The notes below the pieces were generated by a model. The model saw only the letters and a program-made list of their open reading frames with translations, had not been told where the DNA came from and made no database searches. Of a DNA stretch of 64,000 nucleotides, positions 1 through 10,515 are shown piece after piece (positions within the stretch are counted from its first letter, which is position 1; each line of letters starts with the position of its first letter). Source of the DNA: an uncultured Verrucomicrobiae bacterium. GTDB lineage: Bacteria; Verrucomicrobiota; Verrucomicrobiia; Chthoniobacterales; Terrimicrobiaceae. A program made the translations under genes and the position numbers. The stretch lies in the NCBI GenBank assembly GCA_963706955.1, contig CAVPOC010000010.1, positions 64,001-128,000 on the forward strand, written 5' to 3'.

Positions 1-2
1 GG

Positions 3-827
3 ATCACCCACTTCGATCTGGCCAATAACTACGGCCCGCCGCCGGGCTCGGCTGAAACCAATTTTGGCCGAACGTTGCGTGACGACCTCCAAGCCTATCG
101 CGATGAGATCGTTGTCTCAACCAAGGCCGGGTATCTCATGTGGCCTGGTCCATATGGCGAATGGGGGTCTCGCAAGAATCTGCTCGCCAGTCTCGACCAA
201 AGCCTCAGGCGCATGCGACTCGACTACGTCGATATTTTCTATTCGCATCGGCCTGATCACCAAACGCCCCTCGAAGAGACAATGGGAGCACTGGCGCAAG
301 CGGTGCGCAGCGGCAAAGCTCTCCACGCTGGAATTTCGAACTATCAACCAGCTGATGCCCGCAAGGCTGCCGCATTGCTTCGCAGCCTTGGCACACCTTG
401 TTTGATCCATCAACCGTCCTACAGCATGCTGAATCGCTGGATCGAGGACGGCCTCACGACCGTCCTCGAGGAAGAAGGCGTTGGCTGTATCGTCTTTTCG
501 CCGCTCGCTCAAGGACAGCTCACCGGCCGCTACCTCAGGGAAATTCCGGCCAACTCACGTGCAGCCCGAGGCGGTTTCTTGAAAGCGGATCAGGTCCGCA
601 ATAATCTGCCAAAAGTTCAGGCCCTCAGCCAAATCGCGGAAAGACGCGGACAGTCGCTCGCACAAATGGCGATCGCCTGGGTTCTGCGCTTGCCGGCGGT
701 GACCTCCGCGCTCCTCGGCGCCAGCTCGACCGCCCAACTCGAAGAAAATCTTAAAGCCCTCGATCACCTCGACTTTTCAAGCGAAGAACTCACGGAGATT
801 GAGTCCGCCCTGCGCATTGAATCTTAG
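3..827 (+). CDS. mgrA: Aldo/keto reductase, YghZ/MgrA (L-glyceraldehyde 3-phosphate reductase) type; 5' end lies outside the window
   Basis: Frame is open from base 3: ITHFDLANNYGPPPGSAE, then STKAGYLMWPGPYGEWGSRK, DIFYSHRPD, HQPSYSMLNRW, FSPLAQG. These are hallmark motifs of the YghZ subfamily. Confidence 0.9.
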   Translation: MTHFDLANNYGPPPGSAETNFGRTLRDDLQAYRDEIVVSTKAGYLMWPGPYGEWGSRKNLLASLDQSLRRMRLDYVDIFYSHRPDHQTPLEETMGALAQAVRSGKALHAGISNYQPADARKAAALLRSLGTPCLIHQPSYSMLNRWIEDGLTTVLEEEGVGCIVFSPLAQGQLTGRYLREIPANSRAARGGFLKADQVRNNLPKVQALSQIAERRGQSLAQMAIAWVLRLPAVTSALLGASSTAQLEENLKALDHLDFSSEELTEIESALRIES

Positions 828-884
828 CGCCGAGGGCTTCAGCGAATCGCATCCAAAGGCTGAGTTTGCCACGAAACCGAGCGT

Positions 885-1064
885 CTGGGGAGCACACCCG
901 TCCCCGGGTGTGGTGCACGGCGTCTCGCCGGGCACACGGCGTTCGCTACAATGAAGGTACCCTTTGTATCGCCAGACCGCTGACGCAATGTCGTCGACCT
1001 GATCCGAGGCGTTGTCCGGCGGGGACGCCGGCCAATTACACGCGAGGACGCGTGTGCTCCCCAA
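885..1064. repeat. Inverted pair of REP-like hairpin elements (GGGGAGCACAC family)
   Basis: 885-935 reads CTGGGGAGCACACCCGTCCCCGGGTGTGG..CGGCGTCTCGCCG. The reverse complement of 1011-1064 reads TTGGGGAGCACACGCGTCCTCGCGTGT..CCGGCGTCCCCGCCGG. Each copy has two internal hairpins and both are intergenic. Confidence 0.7.
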
Positions 1065-1136
1065 GCCACTGCCCGCGCGGCGGGCACGCAAAAAGCGACC
1101 TTGTTTCCTCGCGGAACTTCGATAAAGGCAACTCCG

Positions 1137-2516
1137 ATGGCCCTGTTGATCAAGAACGGAGAAATCATCACTGCGGACTCGCGCTACGTCGCCGACATCT
1201 GGTGCGAAGGCGAGACAATCACCCGCATTGACCACAATATTCAGGCGCCGGTTCGGGGCGCCGAGGTCATTGATGCTTCTGGCAAATATGTCTTCCCCGG
1301 ATTCATCGACCCACACACCCACATCTATCTTCCCTTCATGGGCACGTTCTCGAAGGACGACTATGAAACGGGAACGAAAGCGGCCCTCGTCGGCGGCACG
1401 ACCACGATCTTCGACATGTGCTGCCCGTCACGCGCTATGGAGCCGAGCGAAGGGTTTGCAACCTGGAAGGCACAGGCGCACGGAAAAGCCGCCTGCGACT
1501 ATTCGTTCCACATGGGAGTGACACGCTTCGATGGCCATTCTGCCGCTCAGCTGAGAGAGATCGTCGCGGCCGGAGTCCAGTCGTTCAAGATCTTCCTGGC
1601 CTACAAGGGGGCCTTCGGAATTGACGACAGCGAACTTTATCAAACACTGAAACTGGCGAAGGAGCTCGGAGTTGTAACTACCGCGCATTGCGAAAACGAA
1701 ACTCTCGTCGCCGAAACGCAAAAAGAGCTTCTCACGCGCGGAACTTCCGGACCGGAAGGGCATCACGACAGCCGCCCTCCGCGGGTGGAAGCCGAAGGTG
1801 TGAATCACCTCATGAGCTTCGCCGAAATGACCGGAGCCCCGGTATATATCGTGCACCTCAGTTGCCGTGAGGCCCTCGAGGAAGCTATTCGCGCGCGCCT
1901 GCGCGGCGTTCAGGTATGGGTGGAGACGCTGATCCAATATCTGCTGCTCGATAAATCGCATGCGGAACTGCCAGAGTTTGAGGGAGCGAAATTCGTGATG
2001 TCCCCTCCCCTGCGCGACAAGGCAAACCAGCCCGTCCTTTGGAATGGTTTGCGCCAAGGTCTGATAAATACCGTCGGCACCGATCACGCCCCATTCGATT
2101 TTTCAGGTCAGAAGGTGATGGGCCGCGATGACTTCACCAAAATCCCAAATGGCATTCCGGCGTTAGAGGATCGGGTCAATCTTCTCTATACCTACGGCGT
2201 CAAGACCGGCCAATTTGACCTGCACACGTTCGTCAAGATCGCCAGCACCAACGCGGCAAAAATTTTTAACCTTTTCCCGCGCAAAGGCACGATCCAGCCG
2301 GGCAGCGACGCGGATTTGGTCATCTACGATCCAACTCATCGCGGGAAACTCTCCGCGGCGACGCACCTGATGAACATCGACTACAACGCGTTCGAAGGCT
2401 GGCCGATCGAAGGCAGACCATCTGTCGTCACCGTGCGCGGCGAAGTGGCTGTGCGCGACGGAAGTTTCGTCGGCACCGTCGGCCGCGGACAGTTCTTGCA
2501 GCGACCGACGCATTGA
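1137..2516 (+). CDS. hydA: Dihydropyrimidinase (D-hydantoinase)
   Basis: MALLIKNGEI start; PGFIDPHTH metal motif, GGTTT, FKIFLAYK (carboxy-Lys), HCEN, VHLS, GTDHAPF, KIPNGIP, KGTIQPGSDADLVI. Confidence 0.92.
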   Translation: MALLIKNGEIITADSRYVADIWCEGETITRIDHNIQAPVRGAEVIDASGKYVFPGFIDPHTHIYLPFMGTFSKDDYETGTKAALVGGTTTIFDMCCPSRAMEPSEGFATWKAQAHGKAACDYSFHMGVTRFDGHSAAQLREIVAAGVQSFKIFLAYKGAFGIDDSELYQTLKLAKELGVVTTAHCENETLVAETQKELLTRGTSGPEGHHDSRPPRVEAEGVNHLMSFAEMTGAPVYIVHLSCREALEEAIRARLRGVQVWVETLIQYLLLDKSHAELPEFEGAKFVMSPPLRDKANQPVLWNGLRQGLINTVGTDHAPFDFSGQKVMGRDDFTKIPNGIPALEDRVNLLYTYGVKTGQFDLHTFVKIASTNAAKIFNLFPRKGTIQPGSDADLVIYDPTHRGKLSAATHLMNIDYNAFEGWPIEGRPSVVTVRGEVAVRDGSFVGTVGRGQFLQRPTH

Positions 2517-2710
2517 TTGTCTTCACTGTGTCCCCCGGGCGCCGAGGCGGGTCCGCGGTGGGTTCGTTAGGCGCGCGCGGATCCAGTTGCACCGAATTCG
2601 CGCTTCGTCAGGTGCATTCGTTAGTTAGGCACGGCTCGCGCCCTACTGCGCGTCATTGTTTCACAGTCGCAAGTCTTTTTAACAGGCCATATTTTATTCG
2701 GATCCTCGGA

Positions 2711-3710
2711 ATGACTACCCTCACCCAGGCGGATGTTATTGTGATTGGTGCAGGACTCAGCGGTCTGCTGGCCGCGCGCAAGCTCGACGCGAGCGGTTAT
2801 CGCGTTGTCGTTTTGGAAAAGGGAAGCGGAGTGGGAGGGCGGCTCGCCACGTGCCGGATGGACGAAGCCGTGTTCGACCATGGGGCGCAATATTTCACGG
2901 TTCTGGACCCGGCTTTCGATAATCTCGTCCAGGATTGGCAGGAGAGGAGGTTAGTGCGGCTTTGGGCCACAGGATTCACCCTGCCCGATGGCACCTTGAA
3001 GCGCGATGGACAGGAACGGTTCTGCTGCGTTTCTGGAATGTCGGGCCTTGCCAGGCATTTGGCCGAAAAACTTGATGTTCGCCTCAACGCCGCGGTTGCC
3101 CACGTCGCAGCCGAAAGTAACGCATGGAAGCTCACCGTGGAGAATGCCGAACCATTTGCTGGGCCGGGCCCTGCTTTTGACACCTCCCGTTCCGCAGAGC
3201 CTTAAGCTCCTGGCCATGGGAAGCACGCCGTTGCCTAAAGCCATCAGAAGGGAACTCCAGCAAATCGAGTATGTTCCGTGTCTTGCCCTGCTGGTTTATC
3301 TCTCTGGGGCAAGCATGGTCCCCGATCCGGGAGGGCTCTGGTTTCCCGGCGAGCCCGTTCGCTGGATCGCCGACAATCATCGCAAAGGAATATCCCCGGG
3401 ATCCAACGGGGCACTAACGATTCATGCAGGAACGGACTATTCCAGGCAAAATTGGAAGACTTCGGCACGGAGAGTAACAGAAGAGTTGCTCGCGGCGGTG
3501 GCTCCTTGGTTGGGGACGACACCCGTCCAGACGCATTTGCATCGTTGGCGGTACAGCCAGCCAATCTCGGTTTATCCTGAGCGCTGCCTGACGGTGAAGT
3601 CACCAGCGCCCCTCGTCTTTGCCGGTGACGCCTTCGGTGGTCCTCGCGTCGAAGGGGCGGTCCTCTCCGGCTTGGCTGCCGCCAGCGCGTTGAACGAACT
3701 CCTAAGTTAA
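2711..3710 (+). CDS. Renalase-like NAD(P)/FAD-dependent oxidoreductase (one frameshift near 3162)
   Basis: N-half: VIGAGLSGLLAA, EKGSGVGGRLAT, FDHGAQYFT. C-half in the next frame: LLTPPVPQ, HRWRYSQP, AGDAFGGPRVEGAVLSG. Removing one G from the GGG near 3162 joins them. Confidence 0.85.
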
Positions 3711-3771
3711 GCAAACAACGAGCACAAACTTCGGCTAGCCTGATGGGCTGGAGCTATGGCGACGCAAGTGT

Positions 3772-4542
3772 CTATTTCTTCGAGAGAAGCGCGATAGCGC
3801 GCAGAGGACCGCCAGTCCCATTGCCGATTTTCATGGGCAGAGCGACGACGATCGCGCCTTCGTCCGGCAGTTTGTCGAGGTTGGTCAGATTCTCGAAAGC
3901 TGGAACGTTCGCGGCAGCCGTGAGCTGATGCACAACGAAGTCTTTCGAGGGCCCGTGGTCAATGCTTGCGGTGTCGACGCCGATGGCGGCAACGTTGCGC
4001 TCCTCGACGAGGAACTTCGCCGCTTCCAATCCGAAGGAAGGGAAGTGGAGCTTGCTTGCGTCGCCCGGTGTATCGTCGCCGAAGTAGCGCTTGCGGTCGG
4101 GATACCGGTTGCTCCAACCCGTGCGCAGCAGGACGATCGTGCCCGGGGCGATCTTCGCGTGCGCTTTTTCCCAAGCTTCGATGTCCGCCACGGTGAGACG
4201 GTAATCGGCGTCCACGTCAGCCTTCGCAGACACGTCAATGACGATCGCCTGTGCGACAAGCTTGTCGAGCGGCACCGTCGCCGACGAGTGGCCGCCTTCG
4301 GAAAAATGGATCGGCGCATCCAGATGCGTCCCGCCGTGCTCCGGCCCGCAGAACGCGGCCGCGCTGTAGAACCAGCCGCCTTGTGTCTTTCCTTTGGTCA
4401 GCATCTTATGCTCGAACCCGGTTGGAGACGTTGGCCAATACAGCGTCTTCTCGTCGAAGGTGTGAGTGAGATCAATCATCTCGGTTCGAGCGGGATCGAA
4501 CAGCAACGCGGCGGCAATCAGGAGTCCAGGCATGGTCGACAT
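3772..4542 (-). CDS. Cyclase-family metal-dependent hydrolase (kynurenine formamidase-like), possibly exported
   Basis: IDLTH, EHGGTHLDAPIHF, LLRTGW, GVDTASID, FENLTNL, LPMKIGNGTGGPLRAIA; short hydrophobic N-terminus. Confidence 0.88.
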   Translation of the reverse strand: MSTMPGLLIAAALLFDPARTEMIDLTHTFDEKTLYWPTSPTGFEHKMLTKGKTQGGWFYSAAAFCGPEHGGTHLDAPIHFSEGGHSSATVPLDKLVAQAIVIDVSAKADVDADYRLTVADIEAWEKAHAKIAPGTIVLLRTGWSNRYPDRKRYFGDDTPGDASKLHFPSFGLEAAKFLVEERNVAAIGVDTASIDHGPSKDFVVHQLTAAANVPAFENLTNLDKLPDEGAIVVALPMKIGNGTGGPLRAIALLSKK

Positions 4543-4889
4543 CCGTGTACAATCGGTCAAGTTCCGCGGCGAGCAACCGCAATGAAGACGCCCTTGGTGA
4601 GGCTTTCAGAGAAGGTGCCGCCTGCCTGATCCAGGTCGCCAGCTGGCTTCTCCGCGATCTGTCCGACTCGCAAAATTCAGGGAGCGCACGTCCTTGAACT
4701 GGCCAACGGGGAGTGCTTGCTCCTTCTCGGTTTTCCGAAACCCGCTCCCTGGCTAGCGAAGCGCATCACGAAGAGTTCTGGCGTCGACATCGTCATGATC
4801 ATCATCATCGTCATCTAAACGGCGATTGGGGACCCGCCCGCAACGAAGGCGCGTAGCCCCCTGCGGGCGTGACATCGTCGCCACAGTTC

Positions 4890-5709
4890 TTAACCCTTGA
4901 TAGCGCCCTCGGTCATTCCTTTGACAAAGAGCCGCATCGAAAAGGTGAAGAGGATGATTACCGGAATGCTGGCGATCGCGTAGCCAGCCATGAGGGGACC
5001 AAAGAACTTGATGTATTCTCCCGCGAGGCGTTGAAGCTGGACCATTACCGGCAGCGAGTCGGCATCCCGAATGACGATCAGCGGAAGGACAAATTCGTTC
5101 CATTCAGAGATGAAATGCATCACTCCCACAGTTCCGAGAATGGGTCCGCAGAGAGGGAGCACGACCATCCACATTTGCTGAAAGTGGTTGGCGCCATCGA
5201 TCTCAGCGGCCTCGAAGAGATCTTGCGGAATATCGGCAACAAAATTTCGCAAGACGAAGATGGCAAAAATCTGTCCCGCGGACGTTCCGACGATGATCAG
5301 CGCAGCGAGTGTGTTGAGCAGGTTGAGGTCAGCGAGCAGCCGAAAGAGCGGAACAAGGTTGGCGACCGAAGGCATCATCAATAAGACCAGCAAGGCATTC
5401 CAGAAGAAGCTGGAAAGGGGCATGCGCAACCTCGCAAAGAAATAGGCGCCGGACAGCGCAAAGAACAGGGTGAGCGCCGTGCCAAGCGTCGAGATGAAGA
5501 TGCTGTTGGCCACACTGGGCGAGATGATGTTCCAGGCAGCGACCCAATTGTGCCAGTGAAACGGCTCCGTCAGCCGTCCCGGGTGCCTCATAGAACTGCT
5601 GATTGGTTTTTAGGCTGACGACCAAAATCAGATAGACGGGGAGGAACGCACACGCGAGCACCGCCCAGATCGCTGCGTGCTTGAAGCCTCGCAGGAACCA
5701 GCCAGTCAC
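4890..5709 (-). CDS. Carbohydrate ABC transporter permease (MalG-like; frameshift near 5585)
   Basis: EAA loop IPQDLFEAAEIDGAN, WNEFVLPLIV, C-terminal FVKGMTEGAIKG. The N-terminus (FLPVYLILVVSLKT) is in an adjacent frame with a GTGA overlap to the upstream permease. Confidence 0.85.
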
Positions 5710-6891
5710 CCGCTCCGCCGCAAGGGAAGTGCTGGTTGCGCGGCGGGGCCTGCGGAATTCGCTCCGACCGAAGTCCGGCGAGCGAACTTGGCAACGAACT
5801 GGCGAACCGTCTGGTAGGGAAACGCCGCCACCACCAGGAAGAGGCCAATCGCGCGCCAGCCAGGTTGCAAAAGCAGGAAGATCCCGCCGCCATCACCGCG
5901 TAGGGTAGCAATTTTCTTACCCGGAGCGCGCGGGGATTTTCTTCGAGAACAAGCGAGCTGAGCTTTTGCAGAGCCATGATCACCACGGTGAGGATGATCC
6001 CAACGGCACAGGCGGCGCCCATCTCCTGGTTGATGAACGCCTTCCGAAGCATGAAGAGAGCGGGCACGGTTGCCTTGCCGCCCGGACCTCCATCCATTCC
6101 CGCCGGTCAGCGCAATGATCATGCCGGCATCCTTGATCGTCCCGATGATGACGAAGACGAGCATCAAGTAGATCGAGCTCATGATGAGCGGCACTTCGAT
6201 CCGCGTAAATTTGGTCCACCAGCTCGCCCCATCGATGCTCGCGGCTTCGTAGATGTCTTTCGGGATGTTCTGGAGCTTGGCTAGGTGCGTCAGAACGGCG
6301 AAGGAACCGACCCAGGGAAATCCCCAAATCACACAGGCGACAAGGATCAAGCGTGGATCGCCGAGCCAGGCCGGGCCGTGTGCCCTCAACAAAAATTCCA
6401 CCCCACCCAAAAAAGGCGTCTAGCTTGCAGAGAAGCGCGAAGAGCCCGGATGCTTCCAGAAATTCATTGAGGTACCCCTGGGTGGCCTCGAAGAAAAATG
6501 ACCTCCAAATCAACGCCACCACCAGCGCGGGGATGACCATCGGAACGACAAACAGCAACCGGTAGATATACTGCATGCGCTCACTGCTGCAGCGGTGAAT
6601 CCATACCGCCACCGCGATGGCAGGGATCATTTTGACCACGTTCCAAAGTCCCAGCAGCAAAGCGACCCGAAAGGACTGCCAGAAATCCGGCGAAGTGAAG
6701 AGCTCGATATAGTTCCTAAGACCGACGAACTCCGAGACGTCGGCACCATTCCAGCGATAGAAGCTATGAAAGATGCCGCTGGCGGCAGGGTAGTATTGAA
6801 ACAGGGCGATGAGAACGAGCGCAGGGACAATGAAGAGGTAGATCTCCCAATGATGCTTAACCTGTTTCCAGCGGATCTTCTTTGCCTGCAT
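5706..6891 (-). CDS. Carbohydrate ABC transporter permease (MalF-like; several frameshifts)
   Basis: YLFIVPAL..FVGLRNY..YRLLFVVPMVIP in one frame, LQNIPKDIYEAASIDGASWW in a second and MGAACAVGIIL in a third. Confidence 0.82.
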
Positions 6892-6897
6892 CAGCCG

Positions 6898-8608
6898 TTA
6901 GTTGCTCGCGTCCGCTTGGACGCCCTCTGCTTCCACAGAGCTGCGGACATTATCCAACGCTTTTCGCTGTATCGGTAAAACGTTTGCCTTTTCAGAGCTT
7001 CCGGGCTCCGTGAAGACAAGTCCCTGAATGATCAGCGTTTTGTCTGCCTCCAGTTGGCGAGTGAACGACGACGTTGCGATATTTATCCAATCGGCCTCGG
7101 CTTTGCGGTCCCTCTCTTTCATTGCCTTTTGGCGGAGTCCGACGGCCAATTGTTCATCCTGAAGCTGCGCGCGGCGGCGGTTGCGAAGGAACTCCCGAAA
7201 ATCTTCGCGACCACGCTGTCCAGAAGAGGCGAATTGCTCCGCCATGTCGTCGTAGCTGAGCTGGTTGATTTGGAATAAGGAATAGAGCTGGCTCCATTTG
7301 ATGAAGCTTTCGCCGCCCGATGGTCGCATCGAAGGCCGGAAGAACTCCTTCAAGGTCGGCTCGAAGGCTTGAGAAAAGGATCGACCTCAGCGCCGACAAC
7401 AATCGGGATCCATTTCAATCTCTTGTTGAATTTCTCGTTCTGGTGCCTGCTCGACGAGAAGAGGAGAAAGTCGACGGCCACGTCGGGATGGCTGGAGGTG
7501 CGCGTGACAGCCATGGGCATGTTCCTTCCGGCAGCTCGTAGCGTGGTCCTTGAATGATCGCGCCATAGTCGGGATCTGATGGGGCTGGCAGCTGGAAAAT
7601 CCATGAGCCCCAGCTCGAACTTTCCCTGCGCCTGCTCTTGAATGCCGCCCGCTTCGTAAATTCCCGCGGCAAGAAAAACGGCCTTTTCCTGCGCGAAATT
7701 GAAGAGGGCCTCGTCTCGGTCCAAGGCCTGACCAACCGCTCGGGAAGCTCCTTGGTGATGTCTCGACCATTTTGAAACTGGCTCGATAGGCGGGATTGGA
7801 AAAATCGACCTTGCCCGCTGGCAAAGCCCATGAACATCTCATCTTTGCTGAAACGTCCATCGCGGTTGAAATCGATCTCGCGAAGCGCGTCGATAGGTCA
7901 GCGGCTTGGCCATGCTGTCCTCCCAACGGATAAAATGGAAACGCGAGCCGGCAATGGCGACGTAGGGCTGGCCATTGGGCTGCTTCTGCGAGCGGATCTT
8001 TTCACACACCTTTAGAAAGGTGCGGTAAGTCCTTGGGCATTTCGTCGAGGCCGGTCAATTTTTTCAAGAGCGACTTGTTATAGAAAAGGCGCAGGCTGAC
8101 AGGGCGAGAGGGATGGTCATGAATTCCTGAGTCTCGTCGATGAACGATCGGCGCATCCCATCCTTGAAGGTGAGAAAGAGCGGGACACCCTCCAGATCTG
8201 TTCCCGCGTTGTAAGGATTCGGCTGCGTTACATAGGGAGAGAGTGGCAATAAAGTAGCGAACGAAGAAGGCTGTCATCAGAGTGAGCGTCGACCATTCCC
8301 GCCTGGACGATGTCGGGCGCGGTTCCTCCCATCAACTGCGTGCTCATCCATTGGCCATAGGTACTTTCCGGGATGGCTTCCTGGATGATGCGCACATTCG
8401 GATGCAGCTTTTCGTATTCGGCGGCAGCCTCCGCCAGGCCCTCGCGCGCTCCGGCTTCCAACTGCCAATGCGCAATGCGAATGCTGGTCACGTCGGATGC
8501 GTCTGCGGCGCGCTTGCGCGTGGCGATGGAAATCACCGCCCAAAGGAAAACAAGCCCAATGACAATCCAAGGCGCCTTGGTCTTGAGCGAGCCCAGGAAC
8601 TCTTTCAT
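6898..8608 (-). CDS. Sugar-binding extracellular solute-binding protein with N-terminal membrane anchor (multiple frameshifts)
   Basis: TM segment then IRIAHWQLE..YEKLHPNVRIIQ..GGTAPDIVQ. Downstream fragments include LFYNKSLLKKLTG and FELGLMDFP..HPDVAVDFL. It sits directly upstream of two permeases. Confidence 0.78.
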
Positions 8609-9519
8609 TGGAGGGCTCCTCCCAGGTATTGGGGCGGGAGGGAGCGACCTTCGCGAACTGCCGCTTCCACCGTATCCATCCTCGCCAAGGCTTTCCGCGA
8701 TGCGAAGACGCGACTCTCGCGCGGAAATTCGTTGATCAGGCGCTGGTAGTATTCACGCGCCAACGCGAAGTTGCCCGCCTCAAACTCCGCCGCGTAGGCA
8801 ATATTCCAATAGGCGGTGGAAAGCTCGAAGAACGGTGTTCTCGGATCCACTTCCCTGGTCTCGATTGCCTTGATCATATAATCGAGGCGCTTCTCCTCTT
8901 CGTTTAACCGGTGAGAGCCTTCTGCCATCAACGTGTAGAGCGAAGAGCGGAAGGGGGTCTTCGGATGCCGATCGAGGAACGCCTCGGTCTCGCCGAGCTT
9001 TTGCCGCGCTTCGTCCGCGGTCGCCGTCGGGAGCGTCAGTCGGATCTGATAGACAAACGCCTCTTCGCCCGCGAGCGAGTCAGGATATTTCTTGTAAACT
9101 TCGCCGTATTCTTGGGCGAGTTTCGAGTAATCGCGCTCTTGATCCGCCCCCGCAAGATGCTTCGCGCGGACGATGTCCAGCGCACACCAGGCGGCCAAAG
9201 GATTCGTCGGCGCTTGCGCGATAACTTCCTGATAGAGGGAGATAGCCTTCGCGGTATCGCGTCCATCGCGCCGGTGATTCCAACACGAGGCCATCCCGAA
9301 GAGGCTCTGTAGATAAGCCTCTGACCCGCGCGGTTGCGATGCCTCCACGGATTCGAAAATATCCAAGGCCTCGCCGAATTCGCTTAATCGATAGCGATTC
9401 CACCCTTCGCGAATCTGCTCTTCCGGCGTTGCCGTCTGCTCGTTGCCGCAGGCGTGGAAGACAAACACCAGCAGTGCAAAGGCGAATCGGAGGCTCCGCT
9501 GGGCTGGAAGCAATCGCAT
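8605..9519 (-). CDS. Tetratricopeptide-repeat protein, probable lipoprotein
   Basis: Signal-like N-terminus ending LVFVFHA-C. Helical repeats include AISLYQEVIAQAP and AREYYQRLINEFP. Its stop overlaps the SBP start (ATGA). Confidence 0.7.
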   Translation of the reverse strand: MRLLPAQRSLRFAFALLVFVFHACGNEQTATPEEQIREGWNRYRLSEFGEALDIFESVEASQPRGSEAYLQSLFGMASCWNHRRDGRDTAKAISLYQEVIAQAPTNPLAAWCALDIVRAKHLAGADQERDYSKLAQEYGEVYKKYPDSLAGEEAFVYQIRLTLPTATADEARQKLGETEAFLDRHPKTPFRSSLYTLMAEGSHRLNEEEKRLDYMIKAIETREVDPRTPFFELSTAYWNIAYAAEFEAGNFALAREYYQRLINEFPRESRVFASRKALARMDTVEAAVREGRSLPPQYLGGALQ

Positions 9520-9640
9520 CTCAAATGATCGAATTTCCCTCACCAAAAAATCAAATGCTTTGCACGATTGACGGACCCTCCTCACACGAAACTCAATTCA
9601 CCTCTTCGTCGAAAAGCAGTTGCATACAGCGTCTCCAGGC

Positions 9641-9700
9641 TTGTAGAGGCCCTTGTGCCAAGGGCCTGTCGACAGGCGGTTGGCACAACCGCCTCTACAA
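9641..9700. repeat. REP doublet (REPIN-like), GTAG-AGGC family
   Basis: TTGTAGAGGCCCTTGTGCCAAGGGCCT-GTCGAC-AGGCGGTTGGCACAACCGCCTCTACAA: two inverted hairpin units, each preceded by GTAG. Confidence 0.8.
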
Positions 9701-9858
9701 CTCGTGCGCAAACTCGGCTTGCGGCAATGCTCCGCCAAGTTGAAATGACGCAAACTCATGGGAACCGCCGAATCTAGGTCCACCCACCCTCGCGTCAACG
9801 GAAAACAAACAACCTGACCGAATTCCGCTCAAGGAGCTCCACTGCGGTCCAAAGGCGA

Positions 9859-10431
9859 TCAGGTACTCGAAGGTGGCGGCGGAAGAGGGACTTTTACTAT
9901 TGGCCCCTTCGCCCCATTTAACAGAAAGCTCACCGTTTGCTTTTGCGGCTCTCTGCCTTCAACCGTCGGCGGTGAAGGCGGCGACGCGAACTGGACCGAA
10001 ACCGTCCTCCCTTCGCCAGGCAAGAGAACGTTGGAAAAACCAGCCGGAAGATATTTTTTCGCCGGTGGCGCAGCAGGTGGTAGGGCCTCATACCGGCGTT
10101 GTGTTTGCTCATCGATCATGACAGCTGAAGCAAGCGAAAATGGTTTCAAATCTTCTTCAGGCACTTCGGTGAGGTTCGCTCCGGCAGGAAGTGGCCTTCC
10201 CATGCCAAGGAAAGTTCCCCCTGGGGAAGATCTGGTAGTCGCAGTGACTCGGACGAAAACCAAAAGGCGGTTATCCTGAATACGTTCAATTCGAGAGATG
10301 GAGAGAAGAACGCCAGCCCATTTAGTTTCCACCTCGCCCAAATTCTCCGCACGACGGCTCCTCTCCTGCGCACCAAGGCTAGTGACCAGGCAAAGAACGA
10401 TGGCCAGGACAGCTGAAGATCGTGGTTTCAT
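9859..10431 (-). CDS. Secreted hypothetical protein (beta-rich, Pro-rich), downstream of the pilin cassette
   Basis: 190-aa ORF with signal peptide MKPRSSAVLAIVLCLVTSLGA-QE; co-oriented with cassette gene A. Confidence 0.65.
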   Translation of the reverse strand: MKPRSSAVLAIVLCLVTSLGAQERSRRAENLGEVETKWAGVLLSISRIERIQDNRLLVFVRVTATTRSSPGGTFLGMGRPLPAGANLTEVPEEDLKPFSLASAVMIDEQTQRRYEALPPAAPPAKKYLPAGFSNVLLPGEGRTVSVQFASPPSPPTVEGREPQKQTVSFLLNGAKGPIVKVPLPPPPSST

Positions 10432-10515
10432 CTGGTTAAGAGGACAGGCTAGTCATTGGACATAATTCCTTTAAGGTCTTGCTACCCCGTTTCAATCCGA
10501 AATAGCTCCCTTCCC

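Noticed and set aside
4788..4816. CAT/CGT-rich short tandem tract (would encode DDDDDHDD on the minus strand)
   Set aside because: It is short, imperfect and intergenic. The ORF containing it overlaps the permease out of frame, and there is no evidence for a peptide or contingency locus.
4890..8608. Calling the ABC operon a set of pseudogenes
   Set aside because: The lesions look like single-base indels with motifs otherwise intact, and similar indels occur in unrelated genes across the window. Sequencing error is the simpler explanation, pending read data.
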